A DNA stretch of 64,000 nt. It comes from an uncultured Methylovirgula sp. (GTDB taxonomy: Bacteria > Pseudomonadota > Alphaproteobacteria > Rhizobiales > Beijerinckiaceae). Shown piece after piece: positions 46,339 through 56,459 of the stretch. Each line of letters opens with the position of its first letter. Position 1 is the stretch's first letter. The stretch is from assembly GCA_964644615.1 (NCBI GenBank), contig CAZXXA010000011.1, forward strand, positions 25,816 to 89,815, written 5' to 3'. Both the position numbers and the translations under genes were made by a program. Below the pieces are notes generated by a model, which searched no databases, was not told the origin of the DNA, and worked only from the letters and a program-made list of their open reading frames with translations.

Positions 46339-47607
46339 TTATTCGGGCCGGCGGAAGACCAGGCAGGCGTTGGTGCCGCCGAAGCCGAAGGAATTGGACA
46401 GGACGAACTCGACCTTCCGCTTGCGGGCCTGATGCGGCACGAGATCGATCGAGGTCGTGACCGATGGATTGTCGAGATTGAGCGTCGGCGGCACGATCTG
46501 ATCGCGGATCGCGAGGATCGAAAATGCGGCTTCCACCGCACCGGCAGCGCCGAGGAGATGGCCGACCGCCGACTTCGTCGACGACATGGACAGCGAATTC
46601 GAGCCGCCGCCACTGCCGAACAGGCGATCCACCGCCGCAAGCTCGATCTCGTCGCCGAGCTGCGTCGATGTGCCATGCGCATTGATGTAATCGAGATCGT
46701 GCGGCGAGATGCCCGCCCGCTTCAGTGCCGTCTGCATGGCACGGAAAGCGCCGTCCCCGGTGCTCTCGGGCGAGGTGATGTGATAGGCGTCACCCGACAT
46801 GCCGTAACCGATGATCTCGGCATAGATCTTGGCGCCGCGCGCCTTGGCGTGCTCATAGGATTCGAGCACCACGCAGGCGGCACCATCGCCCATGACAAAG
46901 CCGTCGCGATCCTTGTCATAGGGACGCGACGCGCGCTTCGGCTGGTCGTTGAAGCCGGTCGACAGCGCCTTGCAAGCGCAAAAGCCAGCGATGCCAATGC
47001 GGTTGATCGCCGATTCAGCGCCACCCGCGACCATGACTTCCGCGTCTTCATGCGCGATCAGCCGCGCCGCATCGCCGATCGCATGGGTGCCGGTCGAACA
47101 AGCGGTCGCGACCGCCATGTTCGGCCCCTTGAGACTATGCGCGATCGACACATAGCCGCTCGCCAGATTGATGATGCGGCCGGTGATGAAGAAGGGCGAA
47201 ACGCGCCGCGGGCCCTTTTGAATGAGGGTGACCGAGGTTTCGTAGATGCCGCCGAGGCCGCCGACGCCCGAACCGATCAGGACGCCGGTGTTGATCTGAT
47301 CTTCGTAGGTCTCAGGCTTCCAATTGGCATCGGCCAGCGCCTGGGTCGCTGCCGCGACCGCGTAGAGGATATAGTCATCGACCTTGCGCTGATCCTTCGG
47401 GTCCATCCAATCATCGGGATTGAATGTGCCGTCGGCGCCGGCGCCACGCGGCACCTGCATCGCGATTTTGCACGCAAGATCCGACGTCTCGAACCCGACG
47501 ATTGGGCCGGCACCCGATTGGCCGGCAATGAGACGTTGCCAAGATTGTTCGACACCACAAGCGAGCGGCGAAACCATGCCGAGCCCGGTGACCACGACCC
47601 TACGCAT
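46339..47607 (-). CDS. fabF: 3-oxoacyl-ACP synthase II
   Basis: RVVVTGLG, TACSTG, NAHGTST, KSAVGHLLGAAG, NSFGFGG. Confidence 0.97.
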   Translation of the reverse strand: MRRVVVTGLGMVSPLACGVEQSWQRLIAGQSGAGPIVGFETSDLACKIAMQVPRGAGADGTFNPDDWMDPKDQRKVDDYILYAVAAATQALADANWKPETYEDQINTGVLIGSGVGGLGGIYETSVTLIQKGPRRVSPFFITGRIINLASGYVSIAHSLKGPNMAVATACSTGTHAIGDAARLIAHEDAEVMVAGGAESAINRIGIAGFCACKALSTGFNDQPKRASRPYDKDRDGFVMGDGAACVVLESYEHAKARGAKIYAEIIGYGMSGDAYHITSPESTGDGAFRAMQTALKRAGISPHDLDYINAHGTSTQLGDEIELAAVDRLFGSGGGSNSLSMSSTKSAVGHLLGAAGAVEAAFSILAIRDQIVPPTLNLDNPSVTTSIDLVPHQARKRKVEFVLSNSFGFGGTNACLVFRRPE

Positions 47608-47835
47608 CGATCAGACTTGTCTCCCCACCTTGGGCAAATAACTGCGTTTTGGTTGGACCGCGCCCGAAGGCGCTGATCGCGTTCCGCATTCACGCGGCGG
47701 TCGGCTTCGCCTATTTGGCTTGCGCCGCCGCACAATCACGAAGCGACGACACGTTGCAGCAAAAAGGCGAGATGGTTTGGCTTGAGAGAGCCGCCGCAGC
47801 CGTGCGCCGCGAGCTCTCGACGACGCTGCGCGTGA

Positions 47836-48075
47836 TTAGGCGGCGGTCGCCTTTTCGAGGAAGCGGATCGCATCGCCGACCGACACGATCGACTCCGCCG
47901 CGTCATCCGGAATTTCAACGCTGAATTCTTCCTCGAAGGCCATGACGAGTTCAACTGTGTCGAGCGAATCTGCGCCAAGGTCTTCAATAAAATTGGCATT
48001 GTCGACGACCTTGTCGGCATCGACTCCGAGATGCTCGATTACAATCTTCTTCACCCTCTCGGCGACATCGCTCAT
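47836..48075 (-). CDS. acpP: Acyl carrier protein
   Basis: [20 protein letters not shown]. Confidence 0.98.
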   Translation of the reverse strand: MSDVAERVKKIVIEHLGVDADKVVDNANFIEDLGADSLDTVELVMAFEEEFSVEIPDDAAESIVSVGDAIRFLEKATAA

Positions 48076-48362
48076 GGTCCTGCAATCCTCGTCCTATTTG
48101 ACCTGGTTAGAAACAGCCGACATCCAGAAAGGCATTCACGGCACCGGCACGTGAAGGCCCCTCCTTCAAATGCCCGCGAAAGGCAGATCCGAACGGATCC
48201 AACGATAAGAGTGAAACCTCTTGCAGGCCCTGTACGCAAGATCGCTTAGGCAGCGACCTTCCCCCAAATTGACCTACTCGCCAGCTGGCTTGGGGTTGGT
48301 AACATACTTCAAACGCATTGGCGAGAGCCCGTAGAAAATCGCCAATATGTCACATAACTGCC

Positions 48363-49100
48363 TCAGATCATTGCCATTCCGCCGTTGACGTGCAGCGTTT
48401 GTCCGGTCACATAGGCGGCTTCTGCACTGGACAGATATACAACCGCGGCAGCGACATCCTCGCCCGTGCCAAGCCGCCCGGCGGGGACATTCGCCAGAAT
48501 CCCCGCGCGCAATTTTTCATTGAGCACGTCGGTCATCGGCGTCTCGATAAAGCCCGGCGCGATACAATTCACGGTGACATCGCGGGCCGCGACTTCCTTC
48601 GCAAGGCTCTTCGACATGGCGATCATGCCGGCCTTCGACGCGGCATAATTGGCCTGGCCGGCATTGCCCATCGTGCCGATGATCGAGGTGATGCCGATGA
48701 TGCGGCCCCAGCGGCGCTTCATCATGTTCTTGATCGCGGCACGGCTCAGCCGGAAGCCGGCGGTCAGATTGACGGCGAGAACCGTATCCCAATCCTCGTC
48801 CTTGAGACGCATGAGCAGATTGTCGCGGGTGACGCCGGCATTGTTGACGAGAATGTCGAGACTGCCGAGCGCCGCTTCCGCTGCGGGCACAAGCTTCTCG
48901 ACCTGCGCCGCATCGGAGAGATCGCAGGCGATCGTCTGAACCCGGCTGCCCAACTCGCCGGCCAGTTTATCGAGCGCTTCCGTGCGGGTGCCGGAGATCA
49001 CCAGCGTGGCGCCTTGCTGATGCAAAGCCCGCGCGATCGAGGCGCCGATGCCGCCGCTCGCGCCCGTCACCAAAGCCGTCTTGCCGGTTAAATCGAACAT
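48363..49100 (-). CDS. fabG: 3-oxoacyl-ACP reductase
   Basis: TGASGGIG, NNAG, NYAASK. Confidence 0.97.
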   Translation of the reverse strand: MFDLTGKTALVTGASGGIGASIARALHQQGATLVISGTRTEALDKLAGELGSRVQTIACDLSDAAQVEKLVPAAEAALGSLDILVNNAGVTRDNLLMRLKDEDWDTVLAVNLTAGFRLSRAAIKNMMKRRWGRIIGITSIIGTMGNAGQANYAASKAGMIAMSKSLAKEVAARDVTVNCIAPGFIETPMTDVLNEKLRAGILANVPAGRLGTGEDVAAAVVYLSSAEAAYVTGQTLHVNGGMAMI

Positions 49101-49118
49101 GTGACCTCTAATGACGTC

Positions 49119-50069
49119 TCAAAGAGCTTTGTAGGCCTCGACTTCGGCCGGTGTGGCCACGCCGAGGCCGGTCGCCTGATCGGCGATACGCTTCAACAAT
49201 CCAGTCAGAACTTTGCCAGCGCCGAGTTCGACGAACTGCGTCACGCCTTGCGAGGCCATATATTGCACGCTTTCGCGCCAGCGCACCGTGCCCGTCACCT
49301 GGGCGACGAGAAGCTTGCGGATCTCCATCGGGTCCGTCACCGGCGCGGTCGTGACATTGGCGACGACCGGCACTTTCGGAACCGCGACGTCGACCGCAGC
49401 GAGCGCATTGGCCATCACATCGGCAGCCGGCTTCATCAAAGCGCAATGGAAGGGCGCCGAAACCGGCAGCAGAATGGCACGGCGGGCGCCACGCGTCTTG
49501 GCGATTTCGATCGCCTTGTCGACGGCGGCTTTGGAGCCCGACGCGACGACCTGACCGCCGCCATTGTCATTGGCAATCGCACAGACCGCGCCTTCACCGG
49601 CCTCGCTTTGGGCTTCTGCCGCGACTGCAACGCCCGTCTCGTAATCGAGGCCGAGCAAGGCCGCCATCGCGCCTTCGCCTGCAGGCACGGCCTTCTGCAT
49701 CGCTTCGCCGCGCCGGCGCAGTAAGCGCGCGGCATCTGAGATCGAAAAGGCCCCGGCTGCCGCCAGGGCGGAATATTCGCCGAGCGAATGGCCGGCGACG
49801 AAGGCCGCATCCTTGGCAAGATCAAGTCCCGCCTCGGCTTCCAAAACGCGGGTCACGGCAAGGCTCATCGCCATCAAGGCGGGCTGCGTATTGGCAGTGA
49901 GAGTGAGCTCGGCTTCGGGCCCCTCGAACATCAGCGTCGATAGTTTTTGGTGCAACGCTTCATCGACTTCCGCAAAGACGGCCCGTGCGGAGGCAAAGGC
50001 TGCAGCCAATTCCTTGCCCATGCCGACTGATTGCGACCCTTGTCCCGGAAAAACGTAAGCTCGCGCCAT
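49119..50069 (-). CDS. fabD: Malonyl-CoA:ACP transacylase
   Basis: VFPGQGSQ, GHSLGEY, VSAPFH. Confidence 0.97.
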   Translation of the reverse strand: MARAYVFPGQGSQSVGMGKELAAAFASARAVFAEVDEALHQKLSTLMFEGPEAELTLTANTQPALMAMSLAVTRVLEAEAGLDLAKDAAFVAGHSLGEYSALAAAGAFSISDAARLLRRRGEAMQKAVPAGEGAMAALLGLDYETGVAVAAEAQSEAGEGAVCAIANDNGGGQVVASGSKAAVDKAIEIAKTRGARRAILLPVSAPFHCALMKPAADVMANALAAVDVAVPKVPVVANVTTAPVTDPMEIRKLLVAQVTGTVRWRESVQYMASQGVTQFVELGAGKVLTGLLKRIADQATGLGVATPAEVEAYKAL

Positions 50070-50331
50070 GCTTCGCGTCACGCCCCCATCATGTTGCTCG
50101 ATCCGCCGCTGCGAGTGACATTGGAGCGAAGCCCTGTCAAGCCAACAGCTTTGCGGCAAAGCAGCGGCCAATAGCTCAAATAGGCAGCCGACATTCGTGG
50201 GATCAGGCGCGAATTTCGGTTGCAAGGCAATGCTGGCGGGTCATCATGGCCGCCTTAGCGACTCATAAAAGTTTCGCGGACAGCCCTGCATATAGATAGG
50301 CTGTAGCAACAATCTGATCAGGTTCGGCGTA

Positions 50332-50748
50332 ATGGATATTCCCGGAAAAGCCTGCGGCTCATGCAGCATGTGCTGTCAGGTCCTCGATATTGTCGAATTG
50401 AAAAAAGACGCCGGCATTCTCTGTGAGAATTGCGTGCCAGGCGGCGGCTGCGGCATCTATGAGATGCGCCCGGATGTCTGCCGCGACTATGAATGTCTCT
50501 GGAAGACCGATCGCGGCATGACTGCGCAATTGCGGCCCGATCGCGTCGGCACGATCCTGATGGAAGATCCCGACTCCGAACAATATCAGGCCGTTTGCGA
50601 TCCCACCCGGCCGCTCGCTTGGCGCACGCCGCTGGTCTTCAACCATCTCGTCGCGATGGCGAAGGCTGGCCGCACTGTCGTCGCAAAGGCAGGGTTGAAG
50701 GCTTGGCGTATCCATCCCAACGGACAATGGGGCCCGTGGGTTGGATAG
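50332..50748 (+). CDS. YkgJ-like cysteine cluster protein
   Basis: CGSCSMCC..C..C..GCGIYEMRPDVC..YECLW. Confidence 0.8.
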   Translation: MDIPGKACGSCSMCCQVLDIVELKKDAGILCENCVPGGGCGIYEMRPDVCRDYECLWKTDRGMTAQLRPDRVGTILMEDPDSEQYQAVCDPTRPLAWRTPLVFNHLVAMAKAGRTVVAKAGLKAWRIHPNGQWGPWVG

Positions 50749-50902
50749 TTGCTGTCGGCCAAGCTCTAACCGTCCCAGCGCGTCCGGTTAGCGCGCGTGA
50801 ATCAGTATGCATGAAAAAGTGAGTTGCCGTCAGGCACATGCCGGCACTAGGGAATTCATACGGACACCTTGTGGAGTTTCAGGTGGGCTTTTGGAGAAGC
50901 GG

Positions 50903-51793
50903 GTGAGGCTACCCTTCATCAAAACCTTTGCGCTTCTTGCCTTCAGTCTTTCCACGCTCGCATCCGTGCATGCCGAGCAGCGCGTGACCGTCAAGATGCC
51001 CGATGGGCCACGCGAGGCAATCCTGTCGCCGGCACAAAAGCCGGGTCCCAATCCGACCATCATCATTCTGCATGGCGCGACCATTTCCGCCGAGCGCATG
51101 GTGCATGCTTCGGGCTTTGCCGAAGCTGCTGCGGAACGTGGCTTCACCGCGGTGTTCCCGGAAGGCAAGGCGCAGCGCTGGAACGACGCGCGGAACACCG
51201 GTCATTCGAATGTCGATGACGTCGGCTTTTTGAATGCGCTGGCACGTCAATTGATCGCCGCCAAGATCGCCGATCCGACGCGTCTCTATCTCGCCGGCAT
51301 TTCGAGTGGCGGCATGATGGCCTTCACCATGATCTGCGAACCGCAAAGCCCGTTCGTCGGCATCGCGACGGTCATCTCATCCATGCCGAGCAAACTCGAG
51401 TCGACCTGTCACCCCCCGCGTCCGCTGAATGTCGTGATGATGAACGGGACCTCCGATCCGATGGTGCCCTTTTCCGGCGGCAAGGTCGGCTTTCTCGGCC
51501 GCCGCGGCAGCGTCCTCGGGGTCGAGCCGACGGCCGATATTTTTGCCAAGGCACAGGGCTGTGGCAACTATACGCAGGCGATGCTGCCGCAATCGCACGG
51601 CGGTGAAAAGACCCGCGTGAAGGTTCTGAACTGGACCGGCTGCGTGCCGGGATCGAGCGTCCGCCTCTATGAGATCCTGGGCGGCGGCCATCAGATCCCC
51701 GGCGGCCCGACCTTCATTCCCTTCGTCTTCGGCAGCCCCAATCACGATATCCGCGCCGCAAACGAGATTTTAGAGGTATTTTCAGGCTCCTGA
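50903..51793 (+). CDS. Secreted alpha/beta hydrolase (LpqC / PHB depolymerase-like esterase)
   Basis: Signal peptide; IILHG, VDDVGFL, GISSGG, MNGTSDP, GGGH. Confidence 0.88.
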   Translation: MRLPFIKTFALLAFSLSTLASVHAEQRVTVKMPDGPREAILSPAQKPGPNPTIIILHGATISAERMVHASGFAEAAAERGFTAVFPEGKAQRWNDARNTGHSNVDDVGFLNALARQLIAAKIADPTRLYLAGISSGGMMAFTMICEPQSPFVGIATVISSMPSKLESTCHPPRPLNVVMMNGTSDPMVPFSGGKVGFLGRRGSVLGVEPTADIFAKAQGCGNYTQAMLPQSHGGEKTRVKVLNWTGCVPGSSVRLYEILGGGHQIPGGPTFIPFVFGSPNHDIRAANEILEVFSGS

Positions 51794-51955
51794 GCGGGAA
51801 AGACCGAGCCTCAGAGCTTGATTTGGCGGCAAATCTCCTTATAAAGCCCGCTTCCCCGCTTCGGCCGGGGGCTGAACGGAAGACGCGGCACGACCTTAAG
51901 TCCGCCGCGCAGGACCAAAATCCGGCTTCCCGTGTCCCCGCCTTCGATTGTTCAC

Positions 51956-51976
51956 TCGAGCCTTTCCGAGGCTCGA
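51956..51976 (+). promoter_or_regulatory. Hairpin in the rpsF leader, possibly part of an S6:S18 autoregulatory RNA
   Basis: TCGAGCCT-ttccg-AGGCTCGA stem about 45 nt before rpsF; family assignment not verified. Confidence 0.3.
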
Positions 51977-52019
51977 AGGGCTTCGCGCCGGAGCACTAAA
52001 CATCGAGAAAGGCATTCAC

Positions 52020-52499
52020 ATGTCTCTTTACGAGCATGTCTATCTCGCGCGCCAGGATATTTCCGCGCCGCAGGTTGACGCTCTCAATGAGCAGTTCAAA
52101 AATCTCATCGAATCCTTCGGCGGCAAGTTCGAGAAGCTCGAATATTGGGGCGTCAAATCCCTCGCCTATCGGATCAAGAAGAACCGTAAGGCGCATTTTA
52201 CGCTGTTCAACATCTCGGCGCCGCCCGCGGCCATCAATGAGATGGAACGCCTGATGGGCATCAACGAAGACATTCTGCGCTTCATGACCGTGCGCGTCGA
52301 AGAACTCGAGGCGGGCCCGTCGGCGATGATGCGCAAGCGCGATGATGACGATCGCGGCGAGCGCGGTGACCGGGGCGATCGTGGTGATCGCGGCGACCGT
52401 GGCGGTCGTGGCCGGGGTGATCGTGGCGACCGCGGCGATCGCGATCGTGGGCCGCGTCGCGGCCGTGAGGAAGGCGTGAGCGAGGAAGGCGGATTCTGA
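52020..52499 (+). CDS. rpsF: 30S ribosomal protein S6
   Basis: [27 protein letters not shown]; Gly-Asp-Arg repeat tail. Confidence 0.97.
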   Translation: MSLYEHVYLARQDISAPQVDALNEQFKNLIESFGGKFEKLEYWGVKSLAYRIKKNRKAHFTLFNISAPPAAINEMERLMGINEDILRFMTVRVEELEAGPSAMMRKRDDDDRGERGDRGDRGDRGDRGGRGRGDRGDRGDRDRGPRRGREEGVSEEGGF

Positions 52500-52741
52500 T
52501 GGCTACTTCAGCACCGGCGCGCCGGCCGTTTTTCCGTCGCCGCAAGACTTGCCCGTTCTCCGGCCCGAATGCGCCGAAGATCGACTATAAGGACACGCGT
52601 CTGCTCTCGCGTTACATCTCGGAGCGCGGCAAGATCGTGCCGTCGCGCATCACCGCCGTTTCGGCGAAGAAGCAGAGAGAACTGGCTAAGGCGATCAAGC
52701 GCGCCCGCTTCCTCGGCCTTCTGCCCTATATGATCCGCTAA
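52499..52741 (+). CDS. rpsR: 30S ribosomal protein S18
   Basis: [30 protein letters not shown]. Confidence 0.98.
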   Translation: MATSAPARRPFFRRRKTCPFSGPNAPKIDYKDTRLLSRYISERGKIVPSRITAVSAKKQRELAKAIKRARFLGLLPYMIR

Positions 52742-52857
52742 GGCGCGGCGCGCCGATATCGGCGCGCTGACCAATCGCAACGCATAAAGGCAGCTGACTG
52801 CACATCAGCTGTTCGGCTGGGACCTTTCCCTAACCGCATTTGCGGGACAGCTCGGCG

Positions 52858-53940
52858 ATGAAGAAACAGACGGCTCAGACATTCGACATTCGCTTTCCCG
52901 TCGCCTTCGGCAGCGGGCTTGCGACCGCTTTGCTGTTTCTCGCGGCCCGCCAGCAAGGCGCCTTCGCGGCCTTGATGCTGGCTTCGCTCGCCCCGCTGCC
53001 GATCATGATCGCGACCTTGGGGTTCGGCCATCTGACCGGGCTCGGTGCCGCCATGGCCGCGCCGGTGACGATCGCGGCTTTCGTGTCGGCCGCCAATGCA
53101 GCGGCTTTCTCGACAAAGGTCCTGCTAGCGGCCGGCCTCAACGGGCTGATCTTCGCCGTCGCTTTGTCCCTGCCCGTCTGGGGGCTCGCCTGGCTCGCGA
53201 CGACCGGGCAAAGCCAAGTCTTCCTGCCATGGCTTCGCGGTTTCCTGCATAGCGCGGTTCCTGAGCCTATCGAGAAGCCGACGGCACAGCTACGCTATCC
53301 CTTTGGCGATATGCTTCTGGCGATTGCGATCATCGCGGTCTTCATCGTCAGCATCGTTCTGGTCATCTGGGTCACTCATCAGGGCAGCTATACGGCGGCT
53401 TTGGCGAGCGCTGCAGCGCATGTCGAACCGATGATCATCGAAATGATCGGGCCGCGCGATCTGCCGAAAACGCTCGATCTCATGACGCTGGCCAAGCTGG
53501 TCATCGAGCTCATGCCGGCCGTCGCCGCTTGCCTCATTACATTCGCTCTGACAGCCAATCTCTGGCTCGCCGGCCGCGTCGTCGAGCTGTCTCACCGGCT
53601 GGCCTATCCTTGGCCCGATATCCCGCACAATCTGCGGGTGCCACGCATTCTGGCGCTGGTCCTCGCCGTATGCTGCGGCCTGGCGTTTCTCCATGGCCTG
53701 CCGGGTGCGGTCGCCCGCACGGCGGCTGCCTCGCTCGGCATTCTCTTTGTTTTGCAAGGGCTCGCTGTCGTCCATGACGTGACCCGCGGTATGCGGTTCC
53801 GCACCTCGCTGCTTTGCGGACTTTACCTTGCGATCGGCTTTCTCATGCCCTGGCCGCTCGTCATTTTCGCGGTGATCGGCCTCGTCGATGCAGCACTGAG
53901 CCTGCGCGATAAAAAGCCGACGGCGCCCCCCAAAAGCTAA
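52858..53940 (+). CDS. DUF2232 (YybS-like) membrane protein
   Basis: Multiple TM segments; conserved position between rpsR and rplI. Confidence 0.85.
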   Translation: MKKQTAQTFDIRFPVAFGSGLATALLFLAARQQGAFAALMLASLAPLPIMIATLGFGHLTGLGAAMAAPVTIAAFVSAANAAAFSTKVLLAAGLNGLIFAVALSLPVWGLAWLATTGQSQVFLPWLRGFLHSAVPEPIEKPTAQLRYPFGDMLLAIAIIAVFIVSIVLVIWVTHQGSYTAALASAAAHVEPMIIEMIGPRDLPKTLDLMTLAKLVIELMPAVAACLITFALTANLWLAGRVVELSHRLAYPWPDIPHNLRVPRILALVLAVCCGLAFLHGLPGAVARTAAASLGILFVLQGLAVVHDVTRGMRFRTSLLCGLYLAIGFLMPWPLVIFAVIGLVDAALSLRDKKPTAPPKS

Positions 53941-53958
53941 GAAGAAAGGAAGAAGGAT

Positions 53959-54522
53959 ATGGAAGTTATTTTGCTCGAAAGGATCGCCAAGCTCGGCCAG
54001 ATGGGCGAGAAGGTCCGGGTCAAGGACGGCTACGCGCGCAATTTCCTGCTGCCCTCCGGCAAGGCGCTGCGCGCGACCGAAGCCAATAAGAAGCGCTTCG
54101 AGTCGCAGCGGGTCGAACTCGAGACGCGCAATCTCGAAATGAAGCGCGAGGCTGAAGCTGTCGGCGAGAAGCTCTCCGGCAAGAGCTTCATCCTGATCCG
54201 TCAGGCTGGCGAAACCGGCCACCTCTACGGCTCGGTTTCGAGCCGCGACATAGCCGAGGTCGTCACGGCTGGCGGCTTTACGACGCATCGCAATCAGATC
54301 GTCCTGAAGACGCCGATCAAGACCATCGGCCTGCATGAGGTGCCGGTGCATCTCCATGCCGAAGTCGAAGTGCCGATCACCATCAACGTCGCGCGTTCGC
54401 CGGAAGAAGCGGAGCGTCAGGCGAAGGGCGAAGCGATCAATGTCGTCGAGGAAACCTCGATGGCCGATCTCGGCCTCGAAGTCGGCGCGGCGCTTGCCGA
54501 AGCGGCCGGCGAAGAAGCCTGA
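53959..54522 (+). CDS. rplI: 50S ribosomal protein L9
   Basis: [27 protein letters not shown]. Confidence 0.98.
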   Translation: MEVILLERIAKLGQMGEKVRVKDGYARNFLLPSGKALRATEANKKRFESQRVELETRNLEMKREAEAVGEKLSGKSFILIRQAGETGHLYGSVSSRDIAEVVTAGGFTTHRNQIVLKTPIKTIGLHEVPVHLHAEVEVPITINVARSPEEAERQAKGEAINVVEETSMADLGLEVGAALAEAAGEEA

Positions 54523-54667
54523 TGCTTTCTGTCAAGCGCAATGGAACCTTTGGCTCAGCTCCGCTTTATCGGCGGCGAGCCAAGGCGAAGTTGTTTGATG
54601 TCGAGCTTTGATCCTGGCAGGCGCACGAAACAAGAGGGTGCGACGGGCCGGTTAGGGTATCGATCGC

Positions 54668-54790
54668 ATGGCAGCTCCAGAAGATATAAAAAAATCCCAC
54701 ATCGGGATCGAAGGGTTTGACGATCTGACGCTCGGCGGCCTGTCGACAGGCCGCCCGAGTCTCGTCTGCGGTTGGGCCGGCTGTGCATGA
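54668..54790 (+). pseudogene. kaiC: Truncated 5' remnant of a kaiC-like ATPase gene
   Basis: Not in the ORF track; translates MAAPEDIKKSHIGIEGFDDLTLGGLSTGRPSLVCGWAGCA*, matching the KaiC start (TGIEGFDDLT.GGLP.GRP.L.CG.AGCGKT), cut inside Walker A. Confidence 0.8.
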
Positions 54791-56304
54791 GTGCGTCGCC
54801 GCTCGATCAGCTCGACGCCGACCAACTTCGACGCCGCTTGGAAGAAGCCGAAGAGACTCTGCGCGCCATCCGTCAGAGTGAGGTCGATGCGCTTGTCGGC
54901 GGCGGCACGCAATCCGAAGAAATCTTCACCCGCGAAGGCGGCACGGAATCCTACCGCGCCTTCACGGAGGCGATGGATCTTGGCGCTGCGGCGCTCGACA
55001 GTTCGAAGCGGCTCCTCTACGCCAACAATGCGCTCTGCGAACTGCTCGGCCGCTCGTCGCAGAATCTGCATCAAAGCGGGCTATTCGCCGCTTTCGATGC
55101 CGACACCGCCAAGCTTGTCTATGATCTCGTCAGCGCGACGACGCTCGGCAAGCAAACCGCACAAATCAAAGTCGCGCAGCCTGCCGGCGAACGTCATCTG
55201 CTGGTGAAGGCATCGCCGCTGCAGCTCGGATTGACCGCCGGCATTGCCGTTACCTTCACCGACCTTACCGACCAGCTGCGTGCTGCAGCCATTGAAGAAT
55301 CCGAGCGGATCGCCCGCGCCGTCATCGCTTCGGCCAATGAAGCGGTCGTCGTCTGCGATGGCGCCGGCATCATCACCCATATCAATTCCGCCGTTCTGGC
55401 GATCTGCGATGAGGCGCCGATCGGCAAAGCTTTTTCTGAAGCGATTCCCCTCACCTTTCCCAATGTCTCGGGCCTCTTGCGTGAGGACGATCTCCTGGCC
55501 ATGGCCTTTGCCGGCAACTCCGTCCAAGGCATGGAGGCGATCGCGCCCAAGGCGCCGCGCGCCAAAGATCTGCTGGTCTCCGCCGCGCCTTTGATCGTCG
55601 CCGAAGGCCATGTGCGCGGCAGCGTCGTCACCATGGTTGACCTCTCGCAGCGCAAGGCGGCCGAGCGCCAGCAATTGCTGCTGATGGCGGAGCTCGATCA
55701 CCGGGTGAAGAACACGCTCACCCTCGTCATGTCGATCTGCAGCCGCTCGGCCCGCGAAGACGATACGGTCGAGAGTTTCCAGCGCGCCTTCATGGGCCGC
55801 ATCCAGGCGCTCGCTGCGACGCATACGATGCTGGCCGACAAGTCTTGGAACGATGTGACGATCGAAGAGATCGTTCTCGTCGAGCTGACGCCCTATGTTG
55901 GGGCGATCATCGGCGAGCGTATCGATCTGGTCGGTCTGAAAGTGCCGGTCAGTCCGCGCGCCGCCTCGGCGCTCGGTCTCATCTTCCACGAACTCACCAC
56001 CAATGCGATGAAATACGGGGCGCTCTCCTCGCCCGAAGGGCGTCTGCGCATCAGCATCGATCTTGCCAACGCCGCGCCGACTGACGACGGCCATCTGCCC
56101 GTCGTCATCGAATGGGCCGAGACAGGCGGCCCCGCCGTCGAACCGCCGACGCGCCGCGGCTTCGGCGAGATCATCATGTCGCGCAGTCTTTCTTACGCGC
56201 CGGATGGCGGCAGCGAGGTGGAATTCCGGCCCGAGGGCGTCAGGTGCCGCCTGCATGTTCCGAGCCACGATGTGAAGGGCGTGCCGGGCGCTCCTCGCAG
56301 TTGA
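54787..56304 (+). CDS. PAS-PAS HWE-family histidine kinase
   Basis: N-terminal LEEAEETLRAIRQSEVDALV; AELDHRVKN, HELTTNAMKYGALS, EWAETGGP. Confidence 0.92.
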   Translation: MSASPLDQLDADQLRRRLEEAEETLRAIRQSEVDALVGGGTQSEEIFTREGGTESYRAFTEAMDLGAAALDSSKRLLYANNALCELLGRSSQNLHQSGLFAAFDADTAKLVYDLVSATTLGKQTAQIKVAQPAGERHLLVKASPLQLGLTAGIAVTFTDLTDQLRAAAIEESERIARAVIASANEAVVVCDGAGIITHINSAVLAICDEAPIGKAFSEAIPLTFPNVSGLLREDDLLAMAFAGNSVQGMEAIAPKAPRAKDLLVSAAPLIVAEGHVRGSVVTMVDLSQRKAAERQQLLLMAELDHRVKNTLTLVMSICSRSAREDDTVESFQRAFMGRIQALAATHTMLADKSWNDVTIEEIVLVELTPYVGAIIGERIDLVGLKVPVSPRAASALGLIFHELTTNAMKYGALSSPEGRLRISIDLANAAPTDDGHLPVVIEWAETGGPAVEPPTRRGFGEIIMSRSLSYAPDGGSEVEFRPEGVRCRLHVPSHDVKGVPGAPRS

Positions 56305-56459
56305 TGTAAAGCAATTTATCTGAAAATTTTTCGCGTTTGTGGATTACGGTTGGCTTCGGCTGCGGTGACTGATTCTCTCTCCCGTCTCGAAGGCCGCTGT
56401 GCCACAAGAAGGAAATTGCCGGGTGCGAGTGGACGTGACTCGCGGTTCTGACAGAGATC

